Origin: Candidatus Iainarchaeum sp. | Lineage (GTDB): Archaea > Iainarchaeota > Iainarchaeia > Iainarchaeales > JACQJH01 | Assembly: GCA_016205145.1 (NCBI GenBank) | Contig: JACQJH010000002.1 | Coordinates: 390,001-422,000 of the forward strand | Length of the DNA: 32,000 nucleotides | Direction: 5' to 3' | In this document: in pieces, positions 29,662-32,000 of the stretch | Layout of the letters: every line of letters starts with the position of its first letter | Numbering within the stretch: position 1 is the first letter of the stretch | Position numbers and translations under genes: made by a program | The notes under the pieces: model-generated | Told to the model about the DNA's origin: nothing | The model's input: the letters and a program-made list of their open reading frames with translations, nothing else | Databases searched by the model: none

Positions 29662-30143
29662 GCTGTTTCCGCTTTCCTGGTCACTGAGAAAACCGGGCCG
29701 ATTTCCTTGCCGCGGCAAAAAAACGACAGGTGGCCGGCGTATTCGCGCATTTCAAGTGGCGCGCCAGCCGAGTTTTCGGCAAGCGTTGCCTGCATGAAGG
29801 TTTTTGCGCCGTCGGATGAAATTACGCTGAATGACAGTGAGTTGAATTTTTCCCTGTTTTTCGCGAAGCCGGAACGCGTCTTTATGACTTTGGCGTTGAA
29901 TTCGCCTAACCGTTCAAGTTTTTCGCCTGCGGTTCCGAAAAATGCGAATGCCGAGGGGTTGCCGTGGGATTCCTGCACAACGCACAGGCGGGAAAAGCCT
30001 TTTGAGCGGCATTTTTCCGCCAGCCCTTCAAGGGACTGTTTGCCTCGTGGAATGTACGCGGATCCGGGAAACGACCTGGCGAGGTCGGATGCAAGGCGCC
30101 TGCTGATCATGCCCGGCTGTCTGGAAGTCGAAAAGGCAAGCAA
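29658..30143 (-). CDS. Brix/Imp4-domain ribosome-biogenesis protein
   Basis: TTG start. LAFSTSRQPGMISRRLASDLARSF...IPRGKQSLEGLAEKCRSKGFSRLCVVQESHGNP is the archaeal Brix signature (TSR.PS.R.R.....L...RGK.S). It has an ATGA overlap with pcc1. Confidence 0.8.
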   Translation of the reverse strand: MLAFSTSRQPGMISRRLASDLARSFPGSAYIPRGKQSLEGLAEKCRSKGFSRLCVVQESHGNPSAFAFFGTAGEKLERLGEFNAKVIKTRSGFAKNREKFNSLSFSVISSDGAKTFMQATLAENSAGAPLEMREYAGHLSFFCRGKEIGPVFSVTRKAETA

Positions 30144-30161
30144 TTCGTAACCTTCTGGATT

Positions 30162-30293
30162 TTACCTGGCCGTGAGTTCCTTTGCGACCGGGTCGCGCAC
30201 TTTGTACAGCACCTTGTAGGCGCATGCCGGGCATCTTATCGGCCCGTCGTATAGCGCGTTTATTGCCGCGCCGCATTTTCCGCATTTGTACAA
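30162..30293 (-). CDS. rpoP: DNA-directed RNA polymerase subunit P (Rpo12/RpoP)
   Basis: Own translation; the ORF is below the track's size cut-off. (M)YKCGKCGAAINALYDGPIRCPACAYKVLYKVRDPVAKELTAR contains a CxxC...CxxC zinc ribbon. AAGGAG lies 8 nt upstream of the TTG at 30293. An in-frame GTG at 30302 is the alternative start. Confidence 0.75.
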   Translation of the reverse strand: MYKCGKCGAAINALYDGPIRCPACAYKVLYKVRDPVAKELTAR

Positions 30294-30308
30294 TTTGACC
30301 ACTCCTTG

Positions 30309-30641
30309 TCAGTTTTCCTGTTCTTCTGTGCCTTCAAGCTGTTCCTCTTCGGTTTCGATTATTTCTTCAAGGCCCTGCGAGAAGGACTTTTGCGCCACCA
30401 TTTTCTTGACTGCCCCGCCAGGCAGGGTTTCCGGCACGTAGGCGCCGCCCGCGAACTTGTGGCCGCATTTGGTGCAGGTGAACATTCCTGCCGCCAGCCT
30501 TTTCACTTTTTCCGCGCCGCACGCCGGGCACGCGAATTTTTTCTTCTGCTTCTGCTCTATTTTGAGTATTCTCTTGCGTATGCCCACGCCGTATCTTGGA
30601 CCGAACCTTCCGGTGTCGGACACTTTTTTCGTTCTGCCCAT
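30309..30641 (-). CDS. rpl37ae: Ribosomal protein eL43 (L37Ae)
   Basis: MGRTKKVSDTGRFGPRYGVGIRKR...FACPACGAEKVKRLAAGMFTCTKCGHKFAGGAYVPET. AGGTGA lies 7 nt upstream of the ATG. Acidic C-terminal tail. Confidence 0.95.
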   Translation of the reverse strand: MGRTKKVSDTGRFGPRYGVGIRKRILKIEQKQKKKFACPACGAEKVKRLAAGMFTCTKCGHKFAGGAYVPETLPGGAVKKMVAQKSFSQGLEEIIETEEEQLEGTEEQEN

Positions 30642-30647
30642 GGAATC

Positions 30648-31439
30648 TCACCTGAAATGCTTTTTCCTTATTTCCTTCGAGTTTTTCAGCGCGATGTCAA
30701 TGATGCTGTCGATTTCCTGCCTGGAGAATGCGCCGTGGCCACCGCCTTTCTGGAAGGCCGGCAGGTAACCGTCCTCTGTTGTAGCGACCGAGAACCTTGC
30801 GTCAAGCGCATGCCATTCCGCGAGGTCCGGATCGGCAACAACAGTGCCGCCGATTTTTGCGAACGTTGACAGCAATGGCTTCCTTGAAAGCTTCAGCTTT
30901 CCGTCGTATTCGCCTTTGACTATCTTGTCGTCCTTGAGCTTCGGAATCCTGGCGTTTTCAAGCGCCGCCAAAGCGGCTATTGACGCCGCATCGTAGAGGT
31001 TGCCGTCGTCGTTGAGCGCGTACAGGTCAATGAACACGACCCAGACAAGCTCTTTTTCCCTTATGCAGAGGTCCTTGAAGTCAATGCATTTGGACTCCCT
31101 TATGCCCCTGTCAACGACCCTTGAAAGTTCTATTGCCTCTTCTCCCGGCGGGCCGGATTCGAATGACGGCGATGCCAGCTGCAAGAGCTCTATGCCGACT
31201 GAAATCGTGCCTTCGTCGGGCGAGTCGGGGTATGGCAGGCCCGGCACGAACTTTACGCCTGCAATGACCTTGCAGCCGCCAAGCGTTACGGTCGCGCTGC
31301 CATCAGCGTTTTCACTCACGCCGGTTTTTATTTCAATGTGCCTGTACTCTTCAGGCTTTCTTCCGTCAAGCCTTTTTCCTTCCCGGAGGGCTTCCCTGAC
31401 CTTTTCAGTTTTAACGTCCCAGATAATTTCGTCGTTCAT
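30648..31439 (-). CDS. rrp42: Exosome complex component Rrp42
   Basis: From the ATG at 31439: MNDEIIWDVKTEKVREALREGKRLDGRKPEEYRHIEIKTGVSENADGSATVTLGGCKVIAGVK...ASPSFESGPPGEEAIELSRVVDRGIRES. ATGA overlap with rrp41. Confidence 0.9.
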   Translation of the reverse strand: MNDEIIWDVKTEKVREALREGKRLDGRKPEEYRHIEIKTGVSENADGSATVTLGGCKVIAGVKFVPGLPYPDSPDEGTISVGIELLQLASPSFESGPPGEEAIELSRVVDRGIRESKCIDFKDLCIREKELVWVVFIDLYALNDDGNLYDAASIAALAALENARIPKLKDDKIVKGEYDGKLKLSRKPLLSTFAKIGGTVVADPDLAEWHALDARFSVATTEDGYLPAFQKGGGHGAFSRQEIDSIIDIALKNSKEIRKKHFR

Positions 31440-32000
31440 TGGAATTCCCCCGCGTTTTCCCCGCCCAAAGCATTGTCCTGCGGCTTTTGGCTCTCGCCTT
31501 TTTCCGCTTCGGCGTATTTCTTTTTCAGCGCTTCCTTCTGGAGTTCCCAGACCTGCTTGCATCCTTTGATGCCCAATTCGACAAGCTGGTCCCATTCCTT
31601 TTTCTGGAGCAGGCCGTCCATCTGCAAAAGCACTATTTCTTCAGTGTTTGGAAGAATCGCCATCGGTATGTCAACCGCGTCCGGCGCGTCCTCTTCTTCC
31701 TTGTCCAGGTCCGCGAGAAGGTGCCCGCCTGCCTTTCCGACCCCGCACGCGCACACTATGTCGCGCATGGGAATGCCCGCGTCAACCAATGCGACCGAAG
31801 CCGCGGAAAGAGCCGCAACCCTGGTGCCAGCATTGCTGTCGAGGATTTCGACCAAGACATCGATTGTCATGTTCGGAAAGTTTTCCAGGAAAATCGCGCT
31901 TTCAAGCGCTTCGCCTGAAACCTTGGAAATTTCTATTTCCCTTCTTCCGGGCTTGGGATTTTTCCTGTCCGGAACCGAAAATGACGCCATCCTGTAAACA
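31436..32000 (-). CDS. rrp41: Exosome complex exonuclease Rrp41 (RNase PH fold); N-terminus outside the window
   Basis: ...MASFSVPDRKNPKPGRREIEISKV...TIDVLVEILDSNAGTRVAALSAASVALVDAGIPMRDIV. The frame stays open upstream of the ATG at 31990 (..VYR-MASFSV), consistent with the conserved ..Y.MAPFSV internal motif, so the true start lies beyond 32000. Confidence 0.9.
   Translation of the reverse strand, partial: VYRMASFSVPDRKNPKPGRREIEISKVSGEALESAIFLENFPNMTIDVLVEILDSNAGTRVAALSAASVALVDAGIPMRDIVCACGVGKAGGHLLADLDKEEEDAPDAVDIPMAILPNTEEIVLLQMDGLLQKKEWDQLVELGIKGCKQVWELQKEALKKKYAEAEKGESQKPQDNALGGENAGEFQ

Noticed and set aside
30028-30285. 85-aa minus-strand ORF from the track
   Set aside because: It is in a different frame from the short CxxC...CxxC RpoP reading, which fits the conserved superoperon position and has an AAGGAG SD. 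The 85-aa product is R-rich nonsense and overlaps the Brix gene.
30309-30641. Acidic C-terminal extension of eL43/L37Ae (EEIIETEEEQLEGTEEQEN)
   Set aside because: Lineage-specific charged tails on ribosomal proteins are common. Nothing else about the gene is unusual.
31000-31997. Plus-strand ORFs 31000-31569, 31338-31997 and 31439-31918
   Set aside because: They are antisense to the unmistakable Rrp42 and Rrp41 genes.

Overview
Archaeal chromosomal fragment. Archaea/eukaryote-type markers Rrp41, Rrp42, eL43/L37Ae, RpoP, Brix, Pcc1 and prefoldin-beta form the classic exosome superoperon at 29.0-32.0 kb on the minus strand. Most genes have SD-like GGAGG/GGTG motifs, and many use GTG/TTG starts. 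Layout: (i) 1-817: ArsR regulator plus DUF302 protein. (ii) 908-7463: a long, tightly packed minus-strand run of redox genes. It holds malic enzyme, thioredoxin reductase, a CPYC glutaredoxin-like protein, two DsbA-like proteins and four Cys-containing membrane or secreted proteins, two of which end in the identical tail PDMVGGC. (iii) 7.5-14.0 kb: accessory stretch with a repeat-rich intergenic region, small wHTH genes, MetF-like reductase, ComB, an ACD-beta-like ATP-grasp protein, three type II toxin-antitoxin pairs (RHH-RelE, RHH-PemK/MazF, AbrB-MazF) and an orphan RHH gene. (iv) 14.0-15.0 kb: two genes that appear truncated tail-to-tail. (v) 15.07-20.16 kb: a strongly AT-rich, tightly coupled five-gene operon (unknown protein, FIST, PaaK/LuxE-like adenylating enzyme, divergent ALDH/LuxC-like protein, V4R). 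A convergent KaiC-like ATPase abuts it and paralogous wHTH genes flank it. This is my best candidate for an undescribed system. (vi) 22.0-26.0 kb: convergent RHH/PIN pair, a second V4R protein, two unknown ORFs separated by an A7 tract, a PHP phosphoesterase with a basic triple repeat, and an HTH protein. (vii) 26.0-29.0 kb: YggS, zinc-ribbon ORF, HAD hydrolase, DHH phosphoesterase. I recognised no rRNA, tRNA, CRISPR array, transposase or integrase. All domain calls come from reading motifs in the translations by eye. No database search or computation was run, and the GC figures are hand counts of a few 60-nt lines.
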